Below are positions 1-14,396 of a DNA stretch of 64,000 bases, piece after piece; positions within the stretch are counted from its first letter, which is position 1; the number at the start of each line of letters is the position of its first letter. A program made the position numbers and the translations under genes. Under the pieces are notes generated by a model. It saw only the letters and a program-made list of their open reading frames with translations. It was not told the DNA's origin and did no database searches. Source of the DNA: Balanoglossus misakiensis (lineage: Eukaryota > Animalia > Hemichordata); contig CM082595.2 in assembly GCA_040954595.2 (NCBI GenBank), positions 2,589,943-2,653,942 on the forward strand, given 5' to 3'.

Positions 1-10
1 ATTCCTTTAC

Positions 11-1595
11 CTTTGGCAGTTCTTCCACAAGCTCGAAAAATGTTGGCCTTTTTCCCGGGTCGTGTTCCCAACAGCGCAACATGATGTCATAATACTGAGT
101 AGGTGCACAGTCCGGCTTCTCAAGACGTTGGAAATTTGGCGAGTCTATTGCTTGTAAGATCTGTTAAATTAAAAGGAGGAATTTCAATATTATCAAGAAG
201 TACATATTTGGATCAAATCGCATGATCAATAATGAGATGTAGGTGATGGTCACAACATCATGACAGTAAACTTTAGATGCATACAGAAGCGAAAACAGAA
301 AAAACTGAAAGTCTTGATCTTGGTGTTCGTTTGACAAGTTATATATTCTGGCACAAGCACACACAACAGAGAAAAATCTAAGATGGTGGCCATTATACCT
401 GGCTTCCAGTGAGTGCTGCCCATGGTTGAAATCCATACGTGAATATTTCCCAAGAAGTCACACCAAAACCCCATATATCACTGGAAGATGTGAATTTCAA
501 GTAATTTATACATTCTGGAGCACACCTAAAAAACAGAAAGAAAGAAGAGTATATGTTAAGTTTTATACATGTATGCAGTTTAGTAGCCCAAATGGAAGTG
601 ATTCCATTGGTGGTAAAAAGTTTTTAACAGATGGGACGTAACCAGGAACAATCCTAACTAGTTCATATGTTGGTTTTTTTACCAAAGTATTCTCAGGAAA
701 CTTACCATGCGAGGGGCAGTTTAAGATTGACATTGAAATTAGTTTGGTAATAATCCTTTCCGACACCCAATGCTCTTGATAAACCAAAGTCACTAATTTT
801 CACCTGTTGTAAAAGACGAAAATAAAATTATTTAACAATGATGCTGAGTTCGTATGGGTTGAGTTTTCAGTCCCTGGAAACCCTAACGGCTTCTAAACTG
901 CTGATCAAACCTCCAGATAATAAAGTTCATGGACATAAACATTTAACAAATCCCGACTGTTGTACTAAAAGAAAGAAGTTATTTGACAACGTTAGGGGCG
1001 CTGTAATGAAATAAATAGCTTGACACAAACTAACGACAAACTGAAATCAAAGAATCACATATTTGAGTGACACAATACGATTGTTGAATAGAAAAATAGA
1101 AAGTAATAAACATAATGTAACAATGTTTTTGAAGACTTGAGTAAGGCATGAATCATTTTTATTACTTACCATATCTCTTGAAAAGACGAGTATATTCCTT
1201 GTTGCCAGGTCTCTATGGATGACGTTTTTACTGTGTAAATATTTCATTCCGCGGGCGATCTGCGTACAGAAGTCGCACAGCTGAATAACCGGGAAGTAGG
1301 ACCTCAGACTGGGTTCCTTCAAACACTCGGACAATGACCGCAGTGGAGCTAGTTCTGTAACCTGTGGAAGACAAGCATAACTATTAGTTTAACCCTTTTT
1401 CTCTCTGTCTCTCTCCCCTTCTCTCTCTATCTCTCTTTCTCTCTCTCTTTCTCTGTCTCTCTCTCTCTGTCTCTCTCTCTCTATCTATCTATCTATCTCT
1501 CTCTCTATCTCTCTTTCTTTCTTTCTCTCTCTCTCTATCTATCTATCTCTCTCTCTTTCTTTCTCTCTCTCTCTATCTATCTTTCTATCTATCTA

Positions 1596-1645
<50 letters not shown>

Positions 1646-1649
1646 TCTT

Positions 1650-1690
<41 letters not shown>

Positions 1691-3471
1691 CTATCTCTCT
1701 TTCTCTGTCTCACACACACACACATGTTAAGAAGCTTTCAGCTAAAGCCGCTCACCAACATAAGAGAGTTCTCCACGTCAAGCACCACTCCATACAGACG
1801 GACAAGGTGTTCATGGTCCAAGGAATGCATAATTGTTGCCTCTTTGAGGAAATCCGCTTGGCCAGCCAAGAGTTTATCTTTACTAAGGCACTTGATTGCG
1901 ACTTGGATCTGGAGTGGAAAATAAACAACACACAATTGCTATGAGGTTCTGGAGTGTTTTATAGTTACTCAATAATACTGTGAGAAGGTTTCAACTGGTA
2001 AAAATATCTATACTGGGACAGGTAATCCAAATTTTCAAAGGACTGGCAACCTCTGTGTTTAGACAGACAGGCATCAAAAATGGGTTCATATACTCAATCA
2101 ACATTACAGGACTTTTCAGAAGTTTTCGAGGGAAACTGCTATCTTCCAGTAGTACCGGTAATTGTGCAGACATTTTGTCACTAGATTTTGACAATCATCA
2201 ACATGTTGTGATAACATGAAGTGTTTACCACAAGAATTTCACGTTTTGAGTTAAAATCCTCACAATACCTATTTTAGTTTTTGGATGGACTCATTTATTA
2301 AGAAATAGGGGGGAAAGGGGTTCAAACACTCACCCGTTCCCCTTCCTCATTCGTCCACACCCCCTGCTGCACAATACCGAACTCTCCCTTCCCGATCTCC
2401 TTGTGAATGCTGAGAGCTTCCGCCGGGATGATGTGCCTTCCGAACTTTGTGGTCTCATAGACGGACAGTGGCATGGGAAGAGAGGGTCTGGAATTACTCT
2501 TTTCCTTCTTGAGTATCGACTGGAAAACACAGGGAAATACAATATACATGTAACAATACTGATACAAATAATTCTCCATTTAAGCAAAAAATTACACACA
2601 CAGATGCACAGAAATTTTGCATATAGACCCCTTCTTCCATGTGGTATGGTCTGCATGACAATACAGTCTATACCATTTTATATTGATTCTAGGGGTGAGA
2701 GGTTGAAGGATGTGAGCAAGAACATGGGCAAAATAAAACATAAATGCAACAACACAATATATATCTAACAAAAAATCTGTATTAAACGTATCATACCCTT
2801 TTCAGCTTTCCAAACGTTCCTTTGGGATGTTCCTTGCCGTACAGCTTCTTAAGACGTCTTTGTTCGGGTTTGGTCATCCCAATGTCTCGCAGGTCCTCCA
2901 TATCAACATATTTGATCTGTTCAATTGTTGTGACCTGGCCAAAGATGGTTGGAACAAATCATATGAGTTTAGTATAACCACATGTACATTGGCTTTAATG
3001 TTCAGAGGTCTTGAGTAAACTGTAGACTTTTCATTTCTTCTACAGAATGGTATGTTTCGTGAAAAAATGTTATCAAAACAAGACAGGCAAACTTATTAAT
3101 GTCTCAGAACCTTCTGTCTTCATATACATTGTGAAAAGATTCACGTATATACAGTCAAACCTGTGTTAGTGGTCACCTCTGTAGAGTGGTCACCTTTATA
3201 TTATTGGCCACTTTGTTCCAGTCCCTGTGCAAATTACAAATGCATTAATTGACTTGTCTACAAAGGTAACCTGTCTATAAAGGCCAATTTAGGGAAGTCC
3301 CTTGACTGGCCACTATAGACAAGTTTGACTGTACACTGTGAAAAGAAATGTCAAACATCTCACCTTAAGTCTTGATGTGAAGTCAGTGTAGTAGTGGGCC
3401 AATTCACTGGTCACCAAGAAGTCGTACAGGTCTTGGTTTTTCACATCTTTGTCTTTCATTTTCTTAGACAT
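11..3471 (-). CDS. PR2: Ack-like/PR2-type non-receptor tyrosine kinase, N-terminal ~384 aa (SAM + kinase domain); gene continues past the left edge
   Basis: Phase-consistent GT-AG exons: 3471-3364, 2934-2797, 2519-2334, 1908-1756, 1361-1170, 803-706, 525-399, 160-11. Translation gives an N-terminal SAM-like region (DLYDFL...[17 protein letters not shown]), [18 protein letters not shown] and [33 protein letters not shown]. The last resembles the Drosophila PR2/Ack-like activation loop as I recall it. Confidence 0.9.
1399..1723. repeat. Compound (CT)n/(CTAT)n/(CA)n microsatellite in kinase intron
   Basis: Directly visible. Confidence 0.95.
3150..3333. mobile_element. Tc1/mariner-pogo-type MITE (TA-CAGTCAAAC...GTTTGACTG-TA)
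   Basis: Terminal inverted repeats with TA at both ends. A 5' partial copy lies at 39476-39545 and a mini hairpin with related ends at 5044-5091. Confidence 0.8.
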
Positions 3472-3923
3472 GGTTGCCTTCTTTCACCGATTTTTTTCTG
3501 ATTACTGTTGATCCATTATCTGGAAAGAATAGAAGTAGTATTGTGAGTGAATGAGTTCTACATATAATCAGGGGTTGTACTTGTGATCACTGGCAGTGAG
3601 TCCCTGAAAAATGGATTCCACGCAGAAAAGATACAAAGTTATTTATTCCCTGCAGAGTAAATGAACTGCTTCATTTGTTTCGGGTCGTAAGAATTTGCAA
3701 AATCTGTGTGATGGGGGAAGCTCATGTAGACAGCAGAGAAGTACAGGCAAAAGTTAAGGTCTGAAGATATGCTTGGTTAAGACTGCATGCCACAAGAAGA
3801 GACTCACATATCTGAACTCTCGGGAGGGAACTTTTGTCATTCCTGCGAACAATCTAACAGCTACACAAACATAACCTCATTGCAGTACATTGTTGCAGCG
3901 AAAATAGGCAAATCCTCTTTATT

Positions 3924-4016
3924 TTAACCTTTTCACCACCATGGTTTGGTCCAAACCTGTTGTTTTCTATGGTAAGGTTGGACCTCAAAAGAGGGAACTG
4001 GGGGTGAAAGGGTTAG
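3924..4016 (+). mobile_element. ~93-bp TTAA-bounded MITE, copy 1
   Basis: TTAACC(C/T)TTTCACC...GGTGAAAGGGTTA(A) termini; related copies at 4857-4949, 30566-30658, 40145-40230 and 51887-51973 (reverse). Confidence 0.8.
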
Positions 4017-4856
4017 ATTGCCAATGTTGATTCAGACACAATCTCCACTCTACCGCTCAGAATTCACACAAAATACATCCTAGCTGTGCCGACCAATCGA
4101 CTGTGAAGAAGTGTATACTACATAAATACAACTGGTCAAACAGAAATCGCACCACCATTCTATACAAGCTCTGTTTTTCTCTTTGGTTCAAGGCAACATT
4201 CCTATACGGGTTGGGGGATATCTGAACAATTTTACTCTGCAGTCACTGGACTTATGGCTATGTAAAATGCATTTATAGCAAACCAAACCATGCACTGGAA
4301 TGCCGAGTAAACTCAGAAAATATGTGTCAAGGATTCACAGATAGCTGAAAGCATAAACAACCAGTGAAGATTCATTACTGTAGTGTCACATTTCTTTTAC
4401 AATAAAATATGTTACCAGTACTGCAGAATGCAATCTTTATGGTCAGAAGGCTGCTCTTGTCTACTGCCACACAAAGAGATGTATCTGCATGGCCCTCTTG
4501 CAGACGACGACAACAATTTTGTCCAAGCCGGGATTGCGGCCACTGACATCTTCACAATAAAGCCCCTTTCAAGACAATGGAAGCCATCCTTCTTGTCGAG
4601 CGATAATAGCCAGTCACCGACTGAGAAATGATCGCTTTCCCGAACGTGGAAGACTTGTCAAGGACGTTGTGTGAATAGATGGACCAAGATGATGAATAAC
4701 ACAGGCACTTTGCATTCAAGAAAAGACAATAACGACAAAATCCACGACAGTGTCTGGCGGCATCAAAATAGACCCGTGCTAACAAACACACAATGTATAA
4801 CGGCAATTCTGAAACTCAACTAACTAACTGAACTGTTCTTGTTGATGTTGTATTGT

Positions 4857-4949
4857 TTAACCATTTCACCACCATGGTTTGGTCCAAATCTACAGTTTGC
4901 TATGGTAAAGTTGGACCTCTATAGAGGGATCTGGGGGTGAAAGGGTTAA
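4857..4949 (+). mobile_element. ~93-bp TTAA-bounded MITE, copy 2
   Basis: TTAA at both ends; internal CCACCATGGTTTGGTCCAAA shared with copy 1. Confidence 0.8.
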
Positions 4950-7936
4950 TTTGATCAGGATTAAGAAAATTCGGGGCAGTATGACGTATGTATCTCCTTG
5001 AAACCAGTCACCCATACTTAAGTCATCTTCAAATGATTGGACGTACAGTCAAGGCAGAGCTCTGATTGCATACAATACTACCTTGACTGTAACCTTACCC
5101 CGATCATTTGAGGATTATCATTTGTGATAGTCATCAAGTACTACCGGTAGTAGATGCCACCACACCCCTTTTATGAATGGATAGACTTTTCCGTTGTAAT
5201 ATTCAACAAGAGTGGCACGACGGAAAACATTTGTGTTTCTGTCAGAAACCCAAAAAACATCAGAATATCAGAATATCAGAAGAATTTTTCCATTTAAAAT
5301 GATTCTTACTGTTCTGAAATTTGACTAGATTCATTTATGTTACCTAGCAACCAAACAACATTCTGTCTCTTTGGAGAACACCTTTCAATACTGACTGAAT
5401 CAAGTCAGGAAAATAATTTCAGTCTGTATAATAAAACCAAATTGCATGCATTTAACAACCTCCACATTAATTTGAGCTCACAAACTGACAGACATCAAAT
5501 GGGATATTAGAATCTGTCACGTTCTCATCACAACACAGGTATTCAAAGACTTGCATCTAGACTGTCTTCTGTCTAGGATATTTTTAGCACTCTAATATAA
5601 CAGCTAGGAACCATTTCCGTAGGCGTTCAAATCAATTTTATTGCAATAATTTATTGGAATAGTATAGACTGTCTGAAGAGGTACTCCAAGGTAGTCTAGT
5701 TTCATACAAAGAAAAAGGGTACATGTTCTGAGATTTTTACGATGGATATAGTTGTTTTTTCCTCCTTTTGGTAAGAATGAACACAATTATTATACCTGTA
5801 CTGGCAACATTTTGTATATTTCTTATTTCTTAAATGCCAAATGGAAAAATAACATATTTCTTTATAAATTTCACCACGATCTACCTGAACTTTTAACAGC
5901 ACCTATCTATAACCCAATTAATAAACTCGTCTTGATCAATGATTCTCCCTCAGTGAACAGACAAAACATGTAACTACATGTAGTTTTGAATTCACACAAA
6001 CATCATTACAGCAATGAGACACTTGGGCATTGATAACACCAAAACTGAAACTCATCAAATGGCCCTTATCTGATTTCAACAAATGACATCAATTGATTGA
6101 TCAATTTACAATTAATTACCATGGAAGCATTTTAAAGGGACATAACTGTGTTTTGACAACAGCTACTAAACTTTATTACAAGGCTACAAAATGTAGCATG
6201 AATACATGTTTTCGTGTGTGTTAACATCCAGGCAAGCAAACACTTGTTATCAAACTTCTCTTCCTTCTTTTGAATTGCTTCAAAATAATCAATGTGGACA
6301 AGTTTTGTTGGACCACTTTGAGCTGGGCTATATAACATGCTTGTTGTCCCAGGTGGGAACTCTCACGGTTGATTTCAAGCATGGATAACTGATTGGCCAA
6401 GGCAATGTTGTCACAGCAAAGCACTGATATTAAGCAAACTTGGGCACTGGCTTCAAATGTGTAAATCTAACCACCCAGAAAGGTTTTCCAGCTGCGGCTA
6501 AACCCTAGACAAATCGTAATGTTTGTGAACAAGATACTAAAGGGGCTTGGCTCGCTGCTTCAATTTGCTACCTAGTCACAGATGGGTTTTTTCCTCTGTA
6601 TGTCTAATGGCAAACCATTTGATATTTTCAACGGAAGACAGAACAAGATGTCTCAGTTGTTTTCTTTGTCTTGACTTCCTAGCACGTGCCATGCAGTCAA
6701 CTCATCTAAGCGTACATACAGCCAACTCTGACCCTGCTATTTCAACGCACAGTCAAATGCTGTGACCCTTACTATACTGCACATGTTACATAAAGATGAC
6801 AAAACTTTTTTAAAGTTTACGACCCCGTGAAGGGGGGACTTCATGATTTTTAACTGACACCAGTCTTAAAACGCCTGTCGTAAAAATTACCAGTTGATTT
6901 GCAACTGTACAAATGAGGCCAGGTGTTCAATAATGGTGGGTTTTTTCTCTCTCAAATTTTACTGGCCAACTGTAGTGTTTCCAGTTGTTACAACAGGATG
7001 CTGGGGTTTCAGCGGAGGTCAGGAGATCAACTGAAAAACATAAGAGATCAGAGTATGCAGGACTTTGCACTCATGTCAGTTTAGAAGCCCAAACGCATAC
7101 TAACCCACAGTTTAGTTCAGCTTGTTTATTGACAACAGAGCAAAAGCGAAACAGTTACCAACACCAGAAACTAGCAACAATTCTCTCACTGGAAACTTTA
7201 GTAAGCTTATTAGCAAGTATACATAAAATGCCCTGGGCATCTGCAGACTGATACATGTACGCATAGTGACAGACAACTCAAGCAAAGAAATTTCACGCTT
7301 AAATTCCTGCTTAAATTCCCCAGTCTGGCGACCTAATTCTATTGAGTCTATCTCTTCTCTGGTGCATAAACTGTTTGTTTTTATTTTGCTCATCAAACCA
7401 TAGACAGTGATCAAACACACAACACAGAACACCTACAATGACCGTGTTTATTAAAATTTATCATGTCAGGGCTGGTCAAAATACAGAACGGTTATTACTT
7501 TACTTCAGTGAAAGACTGCATTGTGCGAGTTTCCACTGTCTATATTTGCTAGCACCTGGGACATTGTCAAGCATTATTCAACATCAAAGCCTGTATGAAT
7601 GTTCGGTTGATCGTAACAAACACTGCAATGCACACAAACGATGGGAAAACTAACAATACCATTCCAAACATAGCAACAGTTCAATGTGTCTATTAGATCG
7701 CTCTTTGCAGGTACTGAAATTTTATGGGGCCTCGTACCGACCCAATGCCTGCTAGCCCGACAAAGCCTACTGCTTGGCACAAACCAGTCAAGTGCTAGCT
7801 CAGTACCAGCCCTGTGACGTCCAAGTGCCAGTCACACACCAAGCCAATACCTGCCATGTACTAGTCCTGACCAAACTCAGGACTGGTTCAAAATCCCATG
7901 CCCAATCCCAAAATTGTACACTACAGATCAGTTAGT

Positions 7937-8180
7937 TGAATGAATGAATGAATGAATGAATGAACGAACGAACAAACGAACGAACGAACAAATGAATGAA
8001 TGAATGAAGGAAGGAAGGAAGGAAGGAACGGATGAATGAATGAATGAATAGATGAATGAATGAATGAATGAACGAACGAACGAACGAACGAACGAACGAA
8101 CGAACGAACGAACGAACGAAGGAATGAATGAATGAATGAATGAATGAACGAACAAATGAACGAATTAATGAATGAATGAA
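7937..8180. repeat. Compound tetranucleotide microsatellite (TGAA/CGAA/GGAA)n
   Basis: Directly visible; source of the SFIH/SFVR ORF artefacts. Confidence 0.95.
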
Positions 8181-11100
8181 ACTTGTATGGATTTTCATCA
8201 CACAATCTACTCGACCAAACCATGGAGCAAAATATAAATACTGTGTAACAATGCCCTTTGCAATTCCACAAGTATATATCGAAGAGGTGTCAACCAGATG
8301 TTTTGAGGCACTGAAGACTTGAGAAGTCATGGCTGGTTTATTGTTTCCTGTCTGGAAGAATTCAGCACTGACAGTTCATGAAGGTCACCAAAGCAATAAA
8401 ACTAGGTTGTGGAGACATCTCATGAAATCTGGTTTTGCAAACACCAACACAACGCACTTCCACTGTCAATGATGAATCCTAGGACTGGTTTTCTCAACCC
8501 CTAAGGCTAAAGTGACAAAAGTTTCCAACAGACAAACCACTTTCAAACCAGCCTAGACAGTCCAATACACTGCAGTCACTAATGCAAAATTCAGTTACAT
8601 TTAGTTATAAAAACATAACACAAACAAATCACTATTTCCAAGCAAGACGATTTACCTAGCTGCACAGTAGCTGTGAAATATCCAAACACACCAGGGAATA
8701 TCCACTCAGAAAACTCACTCAGTAGTCAATAGTTACACCGTAGATGTTTTCCCTCTCCTGGTTTTTCTCCGTTATGTAACTGAATTCTAAACTCTCTGTA
8801 CACAAGGTCCGTGCATCATCCAGGGGTATACAGGCCTCTCTGATTATATAAACAGCTTTTGATTCCAACACACCCATCGACAAAAATAGCAGCCATTATA
8901 TTTTTTTCTTCAAAAAGCCACATCAACTGCGATGCACTTACTTCACTAATTAGAAAGATGATTCCATACGCGACTGACACGTTTCTCTAAATTGATCTAA
9001 TGGTTACTCCTTACTTGATAATTGGTTTCTATTTCCGAAACCACTTAGCCATCAGCCTTGAAAGCAAGTTGGACGCCTTCCACATATATGCCGGCTGAAA
9101 TTTCTGGATTGCCGGGAAGTTGCTTCCCGCAGAACATTCCGCAGACAATATTGTATTTCATTTGATCTGAATGGGAATTTCCATCCATAAATGACATTCC
9201 AGATGTATCTAAATACTCGATAACTCTTTCGTTTCCAGCTAGGGTTTCAATACAAAATATTTGAGGGGGAAATGTTTATATCATTACTGCCTGAACTAAG
9301 AGTCTTGCTCAATATTTGGGGTCCACTATCGCGACAAGAGTTGTTTTAGGACAAGTATACTAGTAACTAGTCAGAGTACAGAGTCCTTAATACACAAATA
9401 GCATGAACAGAGTAGAGTAATCCACTTTCTTTCGCAAGCCAAACTTGGAAAGTTGGTCCCAGATGGCTGACATCAATTGGGCAATGCAATTAGATTTATG
9501 GGCAGTGTGTAAATTTAATGCCAATGGTTACAGCTCCAAAACTATAAACTGTTTAAACTCCTTTCAGTTGCAGTTGTAATAAAAACATTGTAAGTAGTCT
9601 GAGCAGAGTGGATGTAAATCCCTCGACTTAAAACCAAAGTTCAATGCCCTTGACTGCAGCAAACTTTGAACATGCATCACTTGACTCGCAAAACTGCAAA
9701 CTTCTCTTCTTTTGATGACTTCATCCATAGAAGCAAAGAGTTACCTACATATACAAGGACATATGTAGGAGATAAATTTGAAGAAGTTTATTTTATAACA
9801 AGTGGTGTTGACAAAAGAAGGTCATGTTTACAAACAAAAGGCCTTTGCAGATCTAAACACCAACATTGGCATTTGAAACATTCCATACATGTATCATATC
9901 GTGTGAAATGGTACATGAGAATCATATGAAGTCAACTATGGACGTTTTCTGCAAAACTATTGCATTAGATGTAACACATTAGCTACAAAAATGGGTGTTC
10001 GCATGCTTGGAAAGTAGTTAGTCAGCCAACAGATGTCCGGCCAACATGACTTCAGACCATGACAAGTCAACTGCACCAAGGCCAAACATCATCTCAATCT
10101 GCTCATCAAAACTAATGTTTAGCCAGTCCACTATACTGCACAGTGTGTGCTAAAGACCTTTTTAATTACTGGAGTAACACTCATAGATTATTCCAGCATG
10201 TGGTTTGGGGTTTGGGTTACCAGTGACCCTGAGACTAAACCCTGCCACTGGTCTAGTCTACACAGAAGTTCTTCTGGGTCTCTTTTGTCCAAAATCCTGG
10301 GGGAGACCCCCTCTTTGGTGATAGACGTCTGGATCTAGGTTATCAAAACCACCAGCTCTATTCAGATCACCTTTTCTACATTCCTTTTTATTCAAAAAGA
10401 ACAATCTCTCTGTGAGTGTTTTCCTCTTGTGACTTGCAAGAGATTGTAATTCTCAGGTTTGAAAGAACTGGTATTCTTCTGCACGTAAAAAGTTTAAGAT
10501 GGTCTACAAGTAGTCGACCTTCAACTTCCGTTCAAGATTTTTTAGTTTCCTCCCATGTCTAAGTCACATTTCACAGACAGCTGCAGAACACTGCATCAAG
10601 GAACCATTTTAATCGCTTCCCGAAAGGTCAGGGTTGTAAAACTCTGTGATGATTCTCTTTGTCTTGTTTATTTCACATCGGAACATCAGTGCATGCAATG
10701 TAGTTTGCTCCTTGGTGAAAAGACACTACATCAATCAAGATGTTTGCAGTGTAATTAAGTTTAAAGAAAAGCCTATAAAACCAGCTAATTAATTTAATTA
10801 GACCTGTCTTAAATGTTGACACAATTGTAACCAAGGCTACGATTTGTTGTTCTCTATGGATCCTACATGAAGCAATGCGCCCCAAATCTCTGAAGAACTT
10901 ACTTCAATATATTTATCAAGATAACTGCATGCCTCCATTCCAGTCTACAAACTTTTATTTGCAAAGCAGCCTGCATGTTGACATAAGCAGGTCAACCAAG
11001 GTTAAAGAGGTCATACAGTTAAAAGCATGTCACCAGGAATCCAAGTTGTTCTCTGAGAAAAGTTTATAACACTGCATATAATATTATGTCTGCAAATGTA

Positions 11101-11260
11101 CCCCTTAACCTTATTACAAGAAGCTGATGATGGTATTATACAAATCACCCAAACTGATCCAGCTAGCACAACAGGGAATATTGGTTTTGACAAAATCACC
11201 ATCCTTTCATTATGTTCATTTTTCCACAAGAGAAGTTATCTGTATTAAGGCTGATGGGGA

Positions 11261-11345
11261 TCAATCAATCAATTGATCAATCAATCGACTGGTTATCAAT
11301 TAATCAATCAGTCAATCAATCAATTGACTGGTTATCAATCAGTCA
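11261..11345. repeat. Degenerate (ATCA)n repeat
   Basis: Directly visible. Confidence 0.75.
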
Positions 11346-14250
11346 CTGGCTCCATCAAATTATCTGTAATAATAATGTCAATCTCACATCATGGTCAGTA
11401 TGGAGTGACCACGCTCAAAATATACAGTTATGATATTGGTAGAAAAGCTCCCTGGACAGGAACAGGGTAAAATGTTCAACTATGTCTTGAAAACGGATCT
11501 TCGTTTTCAGATTTCTCCTAGCCCTGTTGACAGCAGGCAGCTGGCCTGTGTCCAAGGACATAACATTCCACATAAGAACCACAGCACGTACAATCTGAAT
11601 CACGTCTAGAAAAGTCTCCAACTCATGTGATACAAAGCGGTAACCCTAGATTCTGGTAAAATGCCACGGGTGATAAAATTATCTTGGCTTTCACGGAAAC
11701 AAAGTATATAAGAGTACGTTTCACCATTTCCTTTATGGTGTTCCAATGTCCCTACAGCGAGTGAAACCTGGTACGTGTACAGATTTCAAAACATGTTTAT
11801 ATTTGATTTCTCCAAATGTGAGTAGATAAAATATATGAAATGTATTTGACAACTACGTGGCACTATATTGCTTTCTACAAATACATCTCTTTGGAAATTT
11901 CCTTGAGAAGTTGACATAAGATGGAGATATCCCTATACTATCATGGAACAACACAAAACACAGACTGACAGAGATGCACTTACAAACTTGATTTAGCAAT
12001 TTCTCACGTTGCTTTCACAGCTGAAAGGGACGTAAAAATTCCCACACACATTAACCTTAATGCACATCCCAACTTTTATGGAAAGATCACGACCTTTACG
12101 ATTTAACCGACGGAATTAGACATTGGTCTTTTCGATTCATTTTAACACCTTCCTCATCCTCTGATTGCAAAACCAACACTTTCAGATTGAGACACAACAT
12201 CCTGCCACCAAGCAAAACTGCAGACAGTACTTCCATTGTCATCACCTCAATGCTCAACTGTCCGACTGATACTCATCATCACCTGTGTCACCTGCTAAAC
12301 CTACAAGCTTGTTTTGATCATCGATGTGCACTTCTGACAAAATGTAAAATTTTGTAAAATATCAGACAATTCACTCTTCTGATTCGGAATTTTGGGACAT
12401 AGGTCTCGGAAGGTATGATTGAGCCAAGTCTTACACAGATTTTGAAAAACGATGTCTATCCTACATTATGTTCTGTCAAAAATACTTCAGATATTTCACA
12501 CAACATACTGTTTTAGGATTCAACAGTTTGGTTCCCCCTTTGACAAAACAAGTTGTTTGGTTTTTGTCATGAACAAGTATGATTTTGTTTTCCATAGGTA
12601 GAAAACAAAGCACTGCATAATCTAAATTAATTTCAATTGTTGTTTTATTTTGAAAACGGATCATATGCGAATGTACTGGTACATGTACATGCATGTTTAT
12701 ACCAGTGATGTCACTATTACTTGTTTTCCAATGCTGGTTCCTAATATGTGCGAAAGTGAATATAAATGCCCTTTGAAAATATTTCAACATTTAAAAGCTC
12801 ATCGTCTTGCTATCTGCTTTCAGCAGGCCTTGTTTTGACAGGTTGATGAACTTTTAAAGTTTTATAACATGTGCAACAACATGTCCACTTGTCAACGCTT
12901 CCAACACTGGGGTCAGGGGTCAAGAAAGGAAGAAATCTGAGCCAACTATAACCCTGAAATCTGAACATCACTAGATGACTAAGACTTTAAGCTGAAAAGT
13001 ACAAGGGGAGCCACATGTACCGAAGTGTGATGATTTTTAAATGGATCAAATCATAGTGTGTGAAGTTCCTTGGATAAAATGCTTGGTCGAGAAAGTTTGG
13101 AGAAAAATTATCATGTCGAAGTTATTAACTACATGTTATACATTGTATAACTCTGGACCTTTGGAACCCTACAAGATTTGTGGCCTTATACAAATTGACA
13201 AACAACATTAATCAGATTATGAAACCTTCCCTCAGTCCTGACCTTGAAAGTTAGGCTGAATCAATGGATCTTCAAGATCGAGTAAGGGTGGGTGAGATAT
13301 AAAGCTGTGAGACGTAGAGACCTAGGAGTTATCGTATAGGCGTAAACAAGATTCAATCATACATACAGAATAATAACCAAATTCCTCAGCTGTGTGTGCT
13401 GAGCGGACGATGTCACAAAAGATTTGACAGACACGCTATCTTTTCTTTCATAACTGCTTACCTCTTTCACACACACATCACTGGAATGACTGGTAACAAT
13501 GTCAGCTACACGTACAACACGATCGTCAAGAGTACTGTGAGCACTTTTTAGCAAGTCTCAGCTAGGGGCTGGCAAATATATATACACACTTGCGATCAGC
13601 TGTGTTCACCCGTCGGTGCGTACAGGTCCCATGTGTGTGGCTACATTGAGCGTATTTGCGACAACCTCCAATGACATCACGACATTGGTATGTACAGCCC
13701 GGCCCACACACCATAGATTATCTGACTATCCATTCAACCCCGGCCACTTCAAACCATTCAACCCTGGACACTTTTAAATAATTCATTCATTCAAGATTCT
13801 GTGCATAGCAATGATTACACATTGTAGCTATCCCTTTCAGAGAAAAAGTAACGTATTTTAGTTGATCCACTCGGTGTACTTGAAATATCAGTATTTATAA
13901 ATTATATATATATGTAATTTGGTCCTCTGCAGTACAACTATTCCAAATGAAACTACACACCCCCTTTTCACCATTAAACTTTGGTCAATCCCAATTGTTG
14001 TCAATGGTGTGCTTGGGCTGGTTCACATGATGAGAGGGGTGGAGAGATTCATAGTTGATGACAGTGTTGCAAGAATCATGTTTTCAAAGGACCACCCCCA
14101 CCAGACATTGTTAAATGCAAAACAATAAACATTAATAAGGCTCATTGGACACAGTGAGTTTACATTGTTCCTGCACTCTCAAGGGTCTACGCATTGTTCT
14201 TCAAATGAAAGGCGTGCCTCATTGATGATCTCACTTTGAATTTCCTTGCA

Positions 14251-14396
14251 ATAGACCACTTCGCGGATAGCATAACGTAGGGTGTTGTGGGACAGTTTGC
14301 GTTCTGAGCGCGTGCGTTAGCCATGTACTAGACGCTATGTTGAACGCAAATTATACCATCATGCATTGCAGATATCCTATCCGCGAATAGGTCTAT
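14251..14396. mobile_element. 146-bp MITE-like element
   Basis: Imperfect ~20-bp TIR: ATAGACCACTTCGCGGATAG ... CTATCCGCGAATAGGTCTAT. Confidence 0.65.

Noticed and set aside
399-1361. Ser at usually hydrophobic kinase positions (RSLSECL, GVTSWE) as pseudokinase or RNA-editing signal
   Set aside because: Catalytic VAIK, HRD and DFG are intact, and C-to-U editing would give Phe rather than Leu.
8930-9150. Alternative 5' exon of the kinase (GTAAGT donor near 8941)
   Set aside because: A donor-like hexamer alone is expected by chance in a 13-kb intron.
12864-12896. ACATGT clusters as p53 response elements (also half-sites at 53358 and 53737)
   Set aside because: ACATGT/TACATGTA is very frequent throughout the window, and none forms a good full 20-bp site.
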